From Prevotellaceae bacterium (GTDB taxonomy: Bacteria > Bacteroidota > Bacteroidia > Bacteroidales > UBA932), in the NCBI GenBank assembly GCA_031257315.1, contig JAIROW010000035.1, positions 1 to 61,279 on the forward strand: a stretch of 61,279 nucleotides of DNA, in the 5' to 3' direction. This document shows, piece by piece, positions 26,646 through 38,091 of the stretch (positions are counted from its first letter, which is position 1; every line of letters begins with the position of its first letter). The notes under the pieces are model-generated. The model did no database searches. It saw only the letters and a program-made list of their open reading frames with translations, and was not told the DNA's origin. A program made the position numbers and the translations under genes.

Positions 26646-28580
26646 TTACCAGCCATAATTCTGAAGCGTGTTACTGTTGCGCAGAATTTCTCCGTCGTGA
26701 ATGGGGAAGAAATAGTCGCGCGGGGTGAATTTTGTCTGATATATCAGCGTTTCGGTATAATATTCAACAGTCGAGCTGTAAGTAATGTTCCAGCCTGTAA
26801 TCGGTTTGTTATACTCGCGCAGAGCGTCTTTCCAGCGGCGCAAATCCCAGAATCTGTGTCCTTCAAAGGCGAACTCTATGAGAGTTTCCTGTTTGATAAT
26901 GCTGCGAAGCCCTTCCTGAGTGTCAGGTTTGCTGGGGTTGACAGAAAAATCGCGCCACGATGCTTTTACGCCTCTCAGCCCTGCGCGTATTCTTACGGAA
27001 TCGAGATAGCTTATTGCGAGGTCGCGGTTCGACTGCGAATTTTCCGCTTCGTTGAGCGCTTCGGCATACAGCAGGAAGATTTCGGGCAGCCGGATAAATG
27101 GGAACGGATATTGCTGCGCCGTAAAACCGGTAGCCGAGGCCGAGACGGCAGTTTTGGGATGCACTAACTTTTTTGGAAACATTCCGGTAACATTCCATGT
27201 ATGCGTTACCTGATTTGCAGCAGCCTGCCCCATTTTGCATTGCAGAAACTGGTCTTCGCTGTTGGTTCCCTGCCCGAACCATATTCCTCCGTCGAAGCCA
27301 ATACTTGCATAGTAGCGCAGTTCGCGGTCAAAGTGCATTCCTATGGTTTGTTCGGTTGTTTTAAGTCTGTATCGCTGGTCTTCTCCGACCGTTCGCGGAA
27401 CAAACCTGTCCGTATAGCTCCATGTTTTGTCTTCTTCAATCGGCACGCCGTTTTTGGTATAGAACTGATAGAGAATTTTTATCGGTACTGCAAAGTTGCC
27501 GCGCTGCTCTGTATTAGTCGCTTTTGCCGCCTCAATGTCGCGTGGCAGGGATTGCCGCTGGTTCTCGTTTGTCCAGCCGTTAGTATTAGCCCAGATAATG
27601 TCGGAGTTCCATTTTTCGGTAAGCGCCAGCCTCAGAGTAAGCACGTCTCTGGTAATTTGCGAAATATCGGCGCCGTACTCTGTTCCGGTATATTTGTACA
27701 GACTTGCCAGCCCCGAGGAACGGAGAAAATCAATGGCTTCTTTGCAATCTTCGGCGGCTTCGCTCCAGAGCTGGCGTTTCTGCTCTTCGGTTTTTTCGGG
27801 GCAGAAGATTTCTATTCCGCGTCTGTCTTTCAAGCCTCTGTAATCGGTATTGCCGTTGAAAAGCGGGCTTGCGCGATATACCGCCATTTTTGCTTTCAGC
27901 ACAAGGGCAATGCCTTTTGTAATACGACCGGCTTCATTTGCTTTGTCCTGAATAACTTCGGGCAGGTATTCGAGTTTAATAATCGAGTCCATTTTGTTTA
28001 CAATGTAACTGAAACATTCGTCAACAGTATTTCTGAAAACGTGCGTGGCTTTGGTATCAGCCTCAATCGAAACATTTACGTCCTTGATAGGAATTGGTCC
28101 GTACATTCGAATCAGGTAAAAATGATAATAAGCTTTCAGGATTTCGACTTCTGCCCGCCAGCGGTTTTTTTCGGCGATGCTCATGTCAGGCACGCGGTCG
28201 ATGTTTGCAAGAAATATGTTGCAGTCGGAAATACCCCGATAGAGGTTTTTGCCACCCGCCGCGCCGCGCCAGTAGTCAAAGTACGGTTCATTGGCACGCT
28301 GTGCGCCGGTTGCAAGATTTTTTGCATTGCTGTAATTGTTATTGTACGGAGACAGCCACATTTCGTCGCCTCCAAGCATTGCAGGGTCGTCGTATGGCGA
28401 ACCGGCGTATGGCAGGTATGAGTAGCAGGTGAAGAAATACTTTTCAGCCTGCGCACGCATCGAAAATGCGTTTCCTTCGATGGTTGCAACCATGTCGGGA
28501 ACAATGTCCATGTAGTTGCACGATGTTAATACTGTTGAAATTAACAGTATCGATACATAAAAATATTTTAACTTTTTCAT
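26646..28580 (-). CDS. susD: SusD/RagB-family nutrient-binding outer-membrane lipoprotein (PUL-1)
   Basis: Lipobox LTSCN, 644 aa, immediately downstream of a SusC-like gene. C-terminal FEGHRFWDLRRW motif. Confidence 0.9.
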   Translation of the reverse strand: MKKLKYFYVSILLISTVLTSCNYMDIVPDMVATIEGNAFSMRAQAEKYFFTCYSYLPYAGSPYDDPAMLGGDEMWLSPYNNNYSNAKNLATGAQRANEPYFDYWRGAAGGKNLYRGISDCNIFLANIDRVPDMSIAEKNRWRAEVEILKAYYHFYLIRMYGPIPIKDVNVSIEADTKATHVFRNTVDECFSYIVNKMDSIIKLEYLPEVIQDKANEAGRITKGIALVLKAKMAVYRASPLFNGNTDYRGLKDRRGIEIFCPEKTEEQKRQLWSEAAEDCKEAIDFLRSSGLASLYKYTGTEYGADISQITRDVLTLRLALTEKWNSDIIWANTNGWTNENQRQSLPRDIEAAKATNTEQRGNFAVPIKILYQFYTKNGVPIEEDKTWSYTDRFVPRTVGEDQRYRLKTTEQTIGMHFDRELRYYASIGFDGGIWFGQGTNSEDQFLQCKMGQAAANQVTHTWNVTGMFPKKLVHPKTAVSASATGFTAQQYPFPFIRLPEIFLLYAEALNEAENSQSNRDLAISYLDSVRIRAGLRGVKASWRDFSVNPSKPDTQEGLRSIIKQETLIEFAFEGHRFWDLRRWKDALREYNKPITGWNITYSSTVEYYTETLIYQTKFTPRDYFFPIHDGEILRNSNTLQNYGW

Positions 28581-28598
28581 TACAGTAACAGATTAAAA

Positions 28599-31500
28599 TT
28601 AAAAAGTAGCGTTTATACCTATATTAAAGCCTCTCTGAATGGGATAAGCAAGACCGTTTCCAGCCATTTCAACGTCCCAGAGTTTGAATTTGCTGATACA
28701 AAACAGGTTTGTAGCGGTAACATACAGACGGAAACTTGTCATTCCGGCTTTCTGCACTAATTTTTCGGGCAGCGTATATCCAAGTTCAACCTGTTTGAGG
28801 CGCAGAAACGCTCCGTCGCGCATAAACCATGTATTGGTATATGAATTGTTTTGCGAGTTTGCCAGCGAAGTCGAAAGGCGGGGCCATTCGGCGTACAAGT
28901 TACGGTTGTTTTCAGACCAGTAGCTGTCGGCAATAAATTTTGCCAGAGCGTTGTGTCCGATTCTTGAACCGTCAACGGTACTCGAACCTGCTACGGTATT
29001 GAAGAAAGGCGAAACGTTTTCATAATTTATCCAGAACGAGCGCCGGTGAACGCCGTTGAAAAAGAACGAAAAGTCCCATGATTTCCAGCCAATCGAAGGA
29101 CCGAATCCGTACTGTATTTCAGGCGTTGTAGGATAGCCGATTGCAGTCTGGTCGCGGTCGCTGATTATTCCGTCGCCGTTAAGGTCGCGGTATTTTATAT
29201 CGCCTGCCATTGCGCCCGCCTGCACAGGCGAATTGGCTACTTCGGCATCGTCGATAAACAGCCCTTCGGCAATATAACCGAACTGCTGCGTTGTAGCTGT
29301 GCCGACATGCCGTTTCCATGGCTCGTTTACATAGTCGTACTCCTCATATTTTGTATATTTGGCGACTGCGTAGGTATAGTTTGCTCTTGCCTGAATCCAG
29401 AAATCCTTACTGAACGAATGGCTGTAATTCAGCGAAAATTCAAAGCCCTTGCCATGAGCTTCGCCAAGATTGGCTCTGACGCTGCCCGGATTCCACAGCC
29501 CCATGGAATAGGGAATAGACGAGCGTGTCTGCAAGATTTTTGTACGGTCTTCGGTAAAATACTCGCCAACCATCACAAAGTCTTTCAGCAGCGTAAGTTC
29601 CAGCGCAATATTTGTCTTGTACGACACTTCCCAGCTGATGTCGGGCGCGGCATAGCGCGAAACCGATATGCCGGGTTTAAAATAACCGCTTTCTTCTCCG
29701 AAAACCCATGCATTGCTTGTGCTGTTCAGATTTACGTCGGACAGATACAGGAAACGTTCGTCGCTGATGTTGTCGTTGCCAGCCATACCGTATGAACCGC
29801 GTATTTTTACAAGCGTAAAAACTTTTTTAAGCGGCTCGAAAAACTTTTCGTTTGAAATAATCCAGCCTGCGCTTACCGAAGGGAAAAAGCCCCAGCGGTG
29901 AGCTTTTGCAAAACGTTCCGAGCCGTTCAGCCCGAAGTTAAGCTCGGCAAGATAGCGCGAATCGTATCCGTATGACAAACGTCCGGCGAGTCCCATGTTG
30001 CGGTACGGAAGCGAATTGATTACGTTTGCGCGGCTTTCCGTGCCGGTTAGCGGAACAGTCTTGTTGCGCATGGTATATACCAGCTGTCCGCCAATATCGT
30101 GCTTGTCGGCAAGTTGGGTACTGTAAAGCAGCGACGATTCGAAATACATGGTGTTAAGCACGTATGGAGAATCAGACGCTCTCGTTGTGGACAGGCTTTC
30201 TCCGAACGAATTGTCCACGTTAATCAGACCAATGTGATAATCCGACTGATTGTAGGGGTCGTAGCTTATAAGCCGGTAGTAGTAAGGAACATAATAGCGC
30301 GAAATTTCAGACCTTGCCTCGCGTTTGGTGTTGAACAGCGCCCGTATGCTCAATCCCTTTGCAATAAAGTCAAGTTTCTGATTTACTTCCATCTGTGCGC
30401 CCATAATAGACTTGTTGTAATCTCTGTATCCGCGAACCATTTCGGCATACGGATTCAGATACTGTCCGTCCTCGACGTTTCCGAACATGGTATGCTTTAC
30501 AAAATAATGTTCGGCGTCTATTGGATACTTTGCAGGGAAAAGCGCCGGATTACTTTTCATAATCAGCTTGTACATGTCAGAGCCGCTGCCCAGCGGACCG
30601 GTATAATCTTCAAAAGTACCGTCGAGGCTGACCTTCAACTCTGTTGTTTTTGTAAGATCGATATTGACGTTTGAGCGCAGGGTATAAGTTTTCAAATCAA
30701 TATTCTGGTTGAAATTGTTGTTTCTGTTTTCGTCAACTTTCAGAATACCGTTGTCCTGCGAAAACGACGCGCTTACATAGTAGCGGGCAATGTTTCCGCC
30801 GCCGCGCACGCTCAGATTAACGCGCTGGTTTGAAGCATAATCCTTCAACAGCTCCTTTCGCCAGTCCGTAGCAGGGTAAATCAGCGAACCGGAACCGGGT
30901 ACGGTATTGACGATTTTATCGTCCGAATACAGCGGCGAAGCGTTTCTGTCGCGCGTAACCAGAGCCTCGTTGTGCATTTTCATGTAGGTAACGGGGTCGG
31001 CTAATTCAATTTGACGGGTAGGAGTCGAAAAAGTATTTTCGATTCTGACCGACAAATTCATTTTGCCCGCCTGTCCCTCCTTGGTTTTGACAAGAATAAC
31101 GCCGTTGGCTCCGCGAGCGCCGTAAAGAGCCGTTGCCGCAGCGTCCTTCATTAACGAAAAACTTTCGATATCGTCTGTCTGGATACGGGCAAGCTCGGTT
31201 TTAGTGATTTCGATGTTATCGACAAGAATAAGAGGATCGACATTATAGCCGAAAGTGGTAACGCCGCGAATAAAAAACTCGGCATTGTCGGCTCCCGGTT
31301 CTCCCGTTGACTGGTACGAAATCATTCCCGCCATCTGACCTGCAAACGCCGTAGTAAGGTTACTCGACGGCACTTTCAGGTTTTTCGGCGATATGGTGGT
31401 AATTGCCGAGACAACGCTTTCCTTTTTCTGCTGCCCGAAAGCAACAATTGTCAATTCTTCCAGCGATTCGGATTCCTCCTGCATCACAGCGTTGATTTCG

Positions 31501-31802
31501 GTTTTTTCGCTCGCTTTCACCTTCTGCGTTACATAACCAACCATCTGGAATATAACCACGCTTCCTTTCGGAACGTTTGACAGAACGTAGTCGCCATTGT
31601 CGCTTGTAACGGTGCCGAGACTTGAACCTTCGACATATACGCTGACGCCAGACAGGGGAGTTCCCTCGATGTCAATTACCTTGCCTTTAAGACTGAGCTT
31701 TTCCTGTGCGTTTGCCTCGACGCCGGCAAACATGGCTGCCAGCGCCACAAGAAAAAAGACAGTCTTCCTTCTGTTTAAAATATTAACTGTTTTACAACTC
31801 AT
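28599..31802 (-). CDS. susC: SusC/RagA-family TonB-dependent outer-membrane transporter (PUL-1)
   Basis: CarboxypepD_reg-like N-terminus (LKGKVIDIEGTPLSGVSVYV), plug region (KDAAATALYGARGANGVILVKTK), 1067 aa, terminal Phe. Confidence 0.92.
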   Translation of the reverse strand: MSCKTVNILNRRKTVFFLVALAAMFAGVEANAQEKLSLKGKVIDIEGTPLSGVSVYVEGSSLGTVTSDNGDYVLSNVPKGSVVIFQMVGYVTQKVKASEKTEINAVMQEESESLEELTIVAFGQQKKESVVSAITTISPKNLKVPSSNLTTAFAGQMAGMISYQSTGEPGADNAEFFIRGVTTFGYNVDPLILVDNIEITKTELARIQTDDIESFSLMKDAAATALYGARGANGVILVKTKEGQAGKMNLSVRIENTFSTPTRQIELADPVTYMKMHNEALVTRDRNASPLYSDDKIVNTVPGSGSLIYPATDWRKELLKDYASNQRVNLSVRGGGNIARYYVSASFSQDNGILKVDENRNNNFNQNIDLKTYTLRSNVNIDLTKTTELKVSLDGTFEDYTGPLGSGSDMYKLIMKSNPALFPAKYPIDAEHYFVKHTMFGNVEDGQYLNPYAEMVRGYRDYNKSIMGAQMEVNQKLDFIAKGLSIRALFNTKREARSEISRYYVPYYYRLISYDPYNQSDYHIGLINVDNSFGESLSTTRASDSPYVLNTMYFESSLLYSTQLADKHDIGGQLVYTMRNKTVPLTGTESRANVINSLPYRNMGLAGRLSYGYDSRYLAELNFGLNGSERFAKAHRWGFFPSVSAGWIISNEKFFEPLKKVFTLVKIRGSYGMAGNDNISDERFLYLSDVNLNSTSNAWVFGEESGYFKPGISVSRYAAPDISWEVSYKTNIALELTLLKDFVMVGEYFTEDRTKILQTRSSIPYSMGLWNPGSVRANLGEAHGKGFEFSLNYSHSFSKDFWIQARANYTYAVAKYTKYEEYDYVNEPWKRHVGTATTQQFGYIAEGLFIDDAEVANSPVQAGAMAGDIKYRDLNGDGIISDRDQTAIGYPTTPEIQYGFGPSIGWKSWDFSFFFNGVHRRSFWINYENVSPFFNTVAGSSTVDGSRIGHNALAKFIADSYWSENNRNLYAEWPRLSTSLANSQNNSYTNTWFMRDGAFLRLKQVELGYTLPEKLVQKAGMTSFRLYVTATNLFCISKFKLWDVEMAGNGLAYPIQRGFNIGINATF

Positions 31803-31974
31803 AGCTTGAATTTATTTTTAGTGAAAAATCTGTTTTTCTTATATTTATACGTGTTTTTTCATCTGAAAAAAATTTAAATTTTAGATGAAATAAACAGTTT
31901 ACGGACAACCCTAAAACAGTGTCCGTAATGGGAATATCTGCAAAAATTCCGGAATTTTTCCGGCAAACTCTTCT

Positions 31975-32210
<236 letters not shown>

Positions 32211-32649
32211 TTTTTTAACAGAAAAATTTGGTTAATAAAATTTTTAATTCGGCATATTATATTGAAAACATGACAGTTATAAAATAGAATTTATGCAAAA
32301 ATTCAAATGTGATGTTTTAAAGCATAGGCGCAATTAATCGCGTCTCTGCGAAAAGCGTTGACCTGAGTATATGAAAATTTTGATTTCCAGTAATTTTTCC
32401 ATTTTTCTATAATAGAGTTTATGTAAAATTAAATATGCTATTGGAAAGCATATATCTGGCTTAAAGCCATAATTTTCATAACCGCCGGTCAACGACCGCC
32501 GGAAGAAACAGTGAGACGATAACGCTGCCTGTAAAGGCAGAACCCTGTGTATCAGAAAATGTTTGTCCGTATGTCAAACGACATACGGTTATGAAAATTC
32601 TGGCTTTCAGACAGTATATACTCAAATAAATTTACATAAACGCTAATGT

Positions 32650-32801
32650 ATGCGAATCAGGATTAAAAGTTCTGAAAGGACAGTAATTTTCATAACCGCA
32701 GGCAGTCGGTTATTGTCGTTTTTAGCCGCAGGCAACGCTATCGCTCGCCTGCGGTTATGAAAATTTTGTCCCGCAGGGACATTTTAACTCCTGATTCGCA
32801 T
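32650..32801. mobile_element. MITE/REP-like palindromic element, copy 1 (152 bp)
   Basis: Terminal inverted repeats ATGCGAATCAGGATTAAAAG / reverse complement ATGCGAATCAGGAGTTAAAATG. Nested 19-bp inverted repeat AATTTTCATAACCGCAGGC/GCCTGCGGTTATGAAAATT. Confidence 0.65.
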
Positions 32802-33015
32802 AAATTATGTATTTTAACGAGCTATTTTTATTTTATCTGTGAAAAGAACTTTTAATATTTTTTAATATTTTTTTGCAGATTTCAGATAAATGCTAAAAAT
32901 TTATTGTCTATTTTAATTTACTTATTTCTTCATCTTTTCTACTGTATATATCATATTATCAACATGATATGTAATTTAAAAAATTGCATCGTTTTTTTTA
33001 CAGTGAAAAAAAATC

Positions 33016-33241
<226 letters not shown>

Positions 33242-33370
33242 CCCTCAGATAGTTACGTATATTTTATCTGTACGGTATTTACCGGTTTACCGGTTATATC
33301 TACGAAATTTATTTTTTACAGGATTGCATGCGGCGTTTGCCGTTTTGCAAATATTAGACTTAATAAAATC

Positions 33371-36300
33371 ATGATTAAAAAATTTGTTTTAAGTTGCTAT
33401 TCTCCGCCGGCAAGGTTCCGGCGACGGATATTGTTATTATTTGTCAGTGTGTGGCTGACTTTGTGTTGTGTTAACGTTTCGGCGCAGAAACAGGTCGGCG
33501 GAACTGTTGGCAATGTCGCTGGCGAGCCGCTGGGCGGCGTATCGGTTGTTTTAAAAGGTTCGAATGTGGGAGTAACTACCGGCACAGACGGGAAATATTC
33601 AATTAATGTACAGGGGAATAATTCCGTTCTGGTTTTTTCGTATCTTGGATACACAACTGAAGAAATTACAGTCGGCACAAAAACTGTGCTGGATATGGTT
33701 TTGAAAGAAGCGGCGCAGGAATTTGACGAAATAGTGGTTGTTGCATACGGAACAACTAAAAAAAGTTCATTTACAGGCTCTGCTTCCTCAGTGAAGTCTG
33801 AAATGCTTGAAAAACGACAGGTTGCCGACGTATCGAAAGCCTTGCAGGGCAGCATGTCTGGCGTTCAGGTCGTAAGCTCTTCGGGGCAGCCGGGAAGTTC
33901 CGCTACAATCCGTATTCGTGGCGTAGGTTCTATTTCTGCCAGTTCAGAACCGCTTTATGTTGTGGACGGAATTACAGTAGAAAATTCGCTCAGCTCTATC
34001 AACATGACTGATATTGAATCTGTTACAACTTTAAAAGACGCCGCAGCCAATTCTCTTTACGGCGCTCGCGGAGCAAATGGAGTAGTTTTGATTACAACCA
34101 AAAAAGGCGTTTCCGGTAAAGCGCGGGTAAATTTTGAAGCCCGTTTCGGATTTAACGAACGCGGTATTCCGGCATACGATGTAGTTACCGACAAAGGTCA
34201 ATATCTGGAACTTTTGTGGGAAGCCCTGCGCAATAAGGGTATAGCCGACGGTGATCCGAATCCTGCCGCTTATGCAAGCGACAATTTAATTGTAGAAACA
34301 AAAGGGTTTAATCCATTTACCAATGTTCCTGTAAATCAGGTAGTCGGTACTGATGGAAAATTGAACCCCGCAGCCGTAGCCGCATGGAATGACGACTGGT
34401 TGAAAGACCCCTTCCGCAGAGGTTTCCGCAACGAAGAAATAATCAGTGTCAGCGGTGGTACCGGTAAAAACAGTTACTATATGTCGGTTGGCTATCTGGA
34501 CGAAAAATCGTATATTACCGCTTCCGATTTTCAGCGTTACACCGGTCGCGTAAAGTTGGAACAGGAGGTTGTTTCGTGGTTGCATACAGGCGCAAATATT
34601 TCGTATGCAAAAGCATACATGAGCAATCCATGGGCGTCGAACCGCGCCAGTACCTATTCAAACATATTTATGTTTGCACAGCAAAATCCGCCGATTTATC
34701 CAATTTATCAGTATGATAAAACAACAGGCAAAGCGATTTTGGACAAAAATGGCAATAAACAGTACGAATTTAACACCCCTTACTCGCCCGGAACCAATCC
34801 GTTGAACGCTTTGGAAAACGATATACGGGATTCGGACTGCGACTATGCCACAGCTTCGGGTTTTGCCGAATTTTCGTTTTTGAAAGACTTTAAACTGAAA
34901 CTCAGCGTGTCGGCAGAAACAAACAGCGATTTTTCAAACAGTTTTCAAACTCCGGTAGGCGGCGACGCTTTGAATGTGGGAGGTCGAAACAAGCGAACTT
35001 CAAAAAAAATGTTTTTGCTTACCTCGCAACAGTTGCTTACATGGAACAAAATTGTCGATGGACACGGCATTGACATACTGGCAGGACATGAAACGGTACG
35101 TCGGAAAAACAACCATCTGGAAGCTGAAAAAGAAAATTTTCTGATTCCCTCAAATCCCGAACTGGCGAATGGCGCACGACTGATGGGCGCAACTTCGTAT
35201 TCGCAAACCTATTCATTGGAATCCCTTTTGTCGCGCGTTCAATATAATTATCGTGAAAAGTATTTCCTTTCGGCAAGTTTGCGTTACGACGGTTCTTCGC
35301 GTTTTTCACCCGACAGTCGCTGGGGAGCATTCTGGTCAACCGGCGGCGCATGGATAATCAGTAAGGAGAATTTCCTGAACGATATATCGCAGTTAAACGA
35401 ATTAAAGCTGAAAGTCAGTTACGGTACGCAGGGAAACGACGCTCTGCTTGACCCCGACGGATATTTAATGTATAATGTTTATCAAGACCAGTATGAAGTT
35501 TCATCTGCCGGAGGCGATATTGCCGTAACATATACAATGCGCGGAAACCCCAAACTCAAATGGGAACGGAGCGAAAATTTCAATACGGGAATCGAGTTCC
35601 GGCTGTTCGACAAGATATTTGGAGGCGTGGAATATTATCAGAAAATTACTCGCGACCTTCTGTATCAGAAACCTCTTGCAACTTCGCAAGGTTTGCCGGC
35701 ATGGATTTGGGACAACGCAATAACCATGAAAAACAGCGGAATAGAAATAGAACTGGGCGTGGATATTATCAAAACCAGAGACTTTTGGTGGCAAATCAAA
35801 GGAAATTTAACTACCCAGAAAAACAAAATTATGGAATTGCCAAAAGACAAGGATAAAGACGGAAAAGGCTATGTTGCCTCATATTACTGGTATAAAACAG
35901 ACGGTTCAATATACGATTTTTATACATATAAATCGGCAGGCGTCGATCCCGCTACGGGCAAGGCGCTGTGGTATGCCGAAGAAAAAGACGACGACGGTAA
36001 TGTTACCGGCGACAAGGTTGTTACCGAATATGGAGAAGCGTCGAAATACCAGACAGGCAAAAGCGCTCTGCCCGACATTTACGGCGGTATGAATACGACA
36101 GTTGAATGGAAAGGCTTAGAGTTATCTGTTCAAACTGCCTTTCAGTTCGGCGGCTATGGCTGGGATAATCATTACATGAACCTTATGACTTCGCTGGAAG
36201 ATGCAACTTCCGGTATTCACAAAGACGTAGTTGCCCGTCGCTGGACTGCTCCGGGGCAGATAACAGACGTTCCGCGCCTGCAATACGGACTTGGCAATCA

Positions 36301-36556
36301 GACCACCCAGTCTGACCGTTTTCTTGTAAGCAAATCGTATTTCAGTATCAACAACATAACTCTGGGATATACTTTGCCCAAAAAACTGGTCGAAAAAATC
36401 AGTATCGATAAACTGAAAATCTTTTTTACATGCGAAAATATCGCTCTGTTTTCAGCGCGTCAGGGGTACGACCCGCGTATATATATCAGCGGTTCCGGCA
36501 CTTACGCCTATTCTGCCGTGCGCTCTTTCTCGCTTGGTTTAAATGTTAATTTTTAA
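33371..36556 (+). CDS. susC: SusC/RagA-family TonB-dependent outer-membrane transporter (PUL-2)
   Basis: The signal peptide starts at MIKKFVLS.... Carries a CarboxypepD_reg-like segment, KDAAANSLYGARGANGVVLITTKKG, and a terminal Phe. The track ORF start at 33035 is a read-through of the leader. Confidence 0.9.
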   Translation: MIKKFVLSCYSPPARFRRRILLLFVSVWLTLCCVNVSAQKQVGGTVGNVAGEPLGGVSVVLKGSNVGVTTGTDGKYSINVQGNNSVLVFSYLGYTTEEITVGTKTVLDMVLKEAAQEFDEIVVVAYGTTKKSSFTGSASSVKSEMLEKRQVADVSKALQGSMSGVQVVSSSGQPGSSATIRIRGVGSISASSEPLYVVDGITVENSLSSINMTDIESVTTLKDAAANSLYGARGANGVVLITTKKGVSGKARVNFEARFGFNERGIPAYDVVTDKGQYLELLWEALRNKGIADGDPNPAAYASDNLIVETKGFNPFTNVPVNQVVGTDGKLNPAAVAAWNDDWLKDPFRRGFRNEEIISVSGGTGKNSYYMSVGYLDEKSYITASDFQRYTGRVKLEQEVVSWLHTGANISYAKAYMSNPWASNRASTYSNIFMFAQQNPPIYPIYQYDKTTGKAILDKNGNKQYEFNTPYSPGTNPLNALENDIRDSDCDYATASGFAEFSFLKDFKLKLSVSAETNSDFSNSFQTPVGGDALNVGGRNKRTSKKMFLLTSQQLLTWNKIVDGHGIDILAGHETVRRKNNHLEAEKENFLIPSNPELANGARLMGATSYSQTYSLESLLSRVQYNYREKYFLSASLRYDGSSRFSPDSRWGAFWSTGGAWIISKENFLNDISQLNELKLKVSYGTQGNDALLDPDGYLMYNVYQDQYEVSSAGGDIAVTYTMRGNPKLKWERSENFNTGIEFRLFDKIFGGVEYYQKITRDLLYQKPLATSQGLPAWIWDNAITMKNSGIEIELGVDIIKTRDFWWQIKGNLTTQKNKIMELPKDKDKDGKGYVASYYWYKTDGSIYDFYTYKSAGVDPATGKALWYAEEKDDDGNVTGDKVVTEYGEASKYQTGKSALPDIYGGMNTTVEWKGLELSVQTAFQFGGYGWDNHYMNLMTSLEDATSGIHKDVVARRWTAPGQITDVPRLQYGLGNQTTQSDRFLVSKSYFSINNITLGYTLPKKLVEKISIDKLKIFFTCENIALFSARQGYDPRIYISGSGTYAYSAVRSFSLGLNVNF

Positions 36557-36569
36557 TTGAAACAATATC

Positions 36570-38069
36570 ATGAAAAAAAATAATTTATATAAAATAATGG
36601 GGTTACTGCTGCTGACAGCAACTGCAATATCTTGCGGCGAAGAATTTTTAGACCCCGACACAACGCAGTTTGCCACAAAAGATCAGATTAATGATCTTGT
36701 AGAAAACGGCGGAGGAGACGGCGTCGTTAATCTGCTTAACTCAACGATACTGGGCGCATATAACGAAATGACGGTCTATCAATCCAGACACGATGCTTTC
36801 GGCGAAATGTCCGTAGGACTTGCCGGCGATTTAATGACCGAAGATATGGTGATTTCCTATCGAACACACTTCATTTACGATTACGATATAGACAATAATG
36901 ACGCAGCTTACGCGCGTCCTCTCAATACATGGAAATATCTGTATTCCGTAATCGGGAAATGTAACGAAGTTATAGAAAAAGTGCCTGTTACCGTTACCGA
37001 CGCGCCTCTAAAAACCGTTTTGGGTGAAGCGCTGGCTCTTCGCGCCTATGCTTTTTTATCGCTGGTGCAACGTTTTCAGCAAACATACAGTGAAAACGAA
37101 GACAAACCCGGTATTCCGCTGACGCTTACTTCAAACGACGACAGACCGTCTGTTGGCGGACGCGGCAAAGTCAGCGAAGTCTATGATAAAATCCTGACCG
37201 ACCTTGAAACAGCTGTTAATTTACTGAACGGCGCAGAACGCAAAACCAAAACCGCTATTGACCAGAGCGTGGCTGCCGGAATTTTTGCCCGCGCACTGAT
37301 GGTTGTTGGCGACTGGGAACGCGCGGCTCAATATGCAAAAATGGCACGACAAAAATATACTCTGATGAGCGGAGCTGAAACCGTCGCCGATAATTTTGGC
37401 GACATTAACAATAAGGAATGGATGTGGGGCGCCGATATTACGGCTGAAACAACTACAATGTTTGCTTCGTTTTTTTCGCACGTATGTTCGTTCGACGCTG
37501 GCTATGGCAGCACAACCTTTGCTCCCAAACTTATTGACGCACGACTGTATAGAGCAATGGCTGTCAGCGACATTCGCAGGCAGCAGTTCAAAGACCCTGA
37601 CGCGCCTGTTGACCTAAAATCCAGTGTGGCAGAAGAAAATGCGCCGTCGTACTGTAATTTCAAATTCAAAAAAGTAACCGGATGGCTTGCCGACTACCTG
37701 TACATGCGTGCTTCCGAAATGTATCTGATTGAAGCAGAAGCTCTGGCACAACAGGGTAAAAACGGCGATGCTTACAATGTCCTAAAAATATTGATGGATG
37801 TGCGAGACCCTGAATGGAGCAAAAACCGCACAAATGCAACCGTTGAAGACGTATTTCTGCAAAAACGTATAGAACTCTGGGGCGAAGGGCGTATTTTCTA
37901 CGATTATTTACGACTGAGAAAAAGCGTTGACCGCACATATACAGGAAGTAATCACATGGTTAAGAACAGTGTAAATGCCGGTTCATGGAAATTTATTTAT
38001 CAAATTCCGCAAACCGAAATGGATAATAACGAAGAATTGAAGGCAGCCGACCAGAATCCGCTGTCATGA
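36570..38069 (+). CDS. susD: SusD/RagB-family lipoprotein (PUL-2)
   Basis: Lipobox AISCG, 499 aa, directly after susC. WGEGRIFYDYLR motif. Confidence 0.88.
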   Translation: MKKNNLYKIMGLLLLTATAISCGEEFLDPDTTQFATKDQINDLVENGGGDGVVNLLNSTILGAYNEMTVYQSRHDAFGEMSVGLAGDLMTEDMVISYRTHFIYDYDIDNNDAAYARPLNTWKYLYSVIGKCNEVIEKVPVTVTDAPLKTVLGEALALRAYAFLSLVQRFQQTYSENEDKPGIPLTLTSNDDRPSVGGRGKVSEVYDKILTDLETAVNLLNGAERKTKTAIDQSVAAGIFARALMVVGDWERAAQYAKMARQKYTLMSGAETVADNFGDINNKEWMWGADITAETTTMFASFFSHVCSFDAGYGSTTFAPKLIDARLYRAMAVSDIRRQQFKDPDAPVDLKSSVAEENAPSYCNFKFKKVTGWLADYLYMRASEMYLIEAEALAQQGKNGDAYNVLKILMDVRDPEWSKNRTNATVEDVFLQKRIELWGEGRIFYDYLRLRKSVDRTYTGSNHMVKNSVNAGSWKFIYQIPQTEMDNNEELKAADQNPLS

Positions 38070-38091
38070 TAACATTTTAAATAAAGATTTT

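Noticed and set aside
27201-28421. A 406-aa ORF on the plus strand (and several 100-180-aa ORFs nearby).
   Set aside because: It is antisense to the SusD-like gene at 26646-28580. It has no signal peptide or motif, so it is a shadow ORF.
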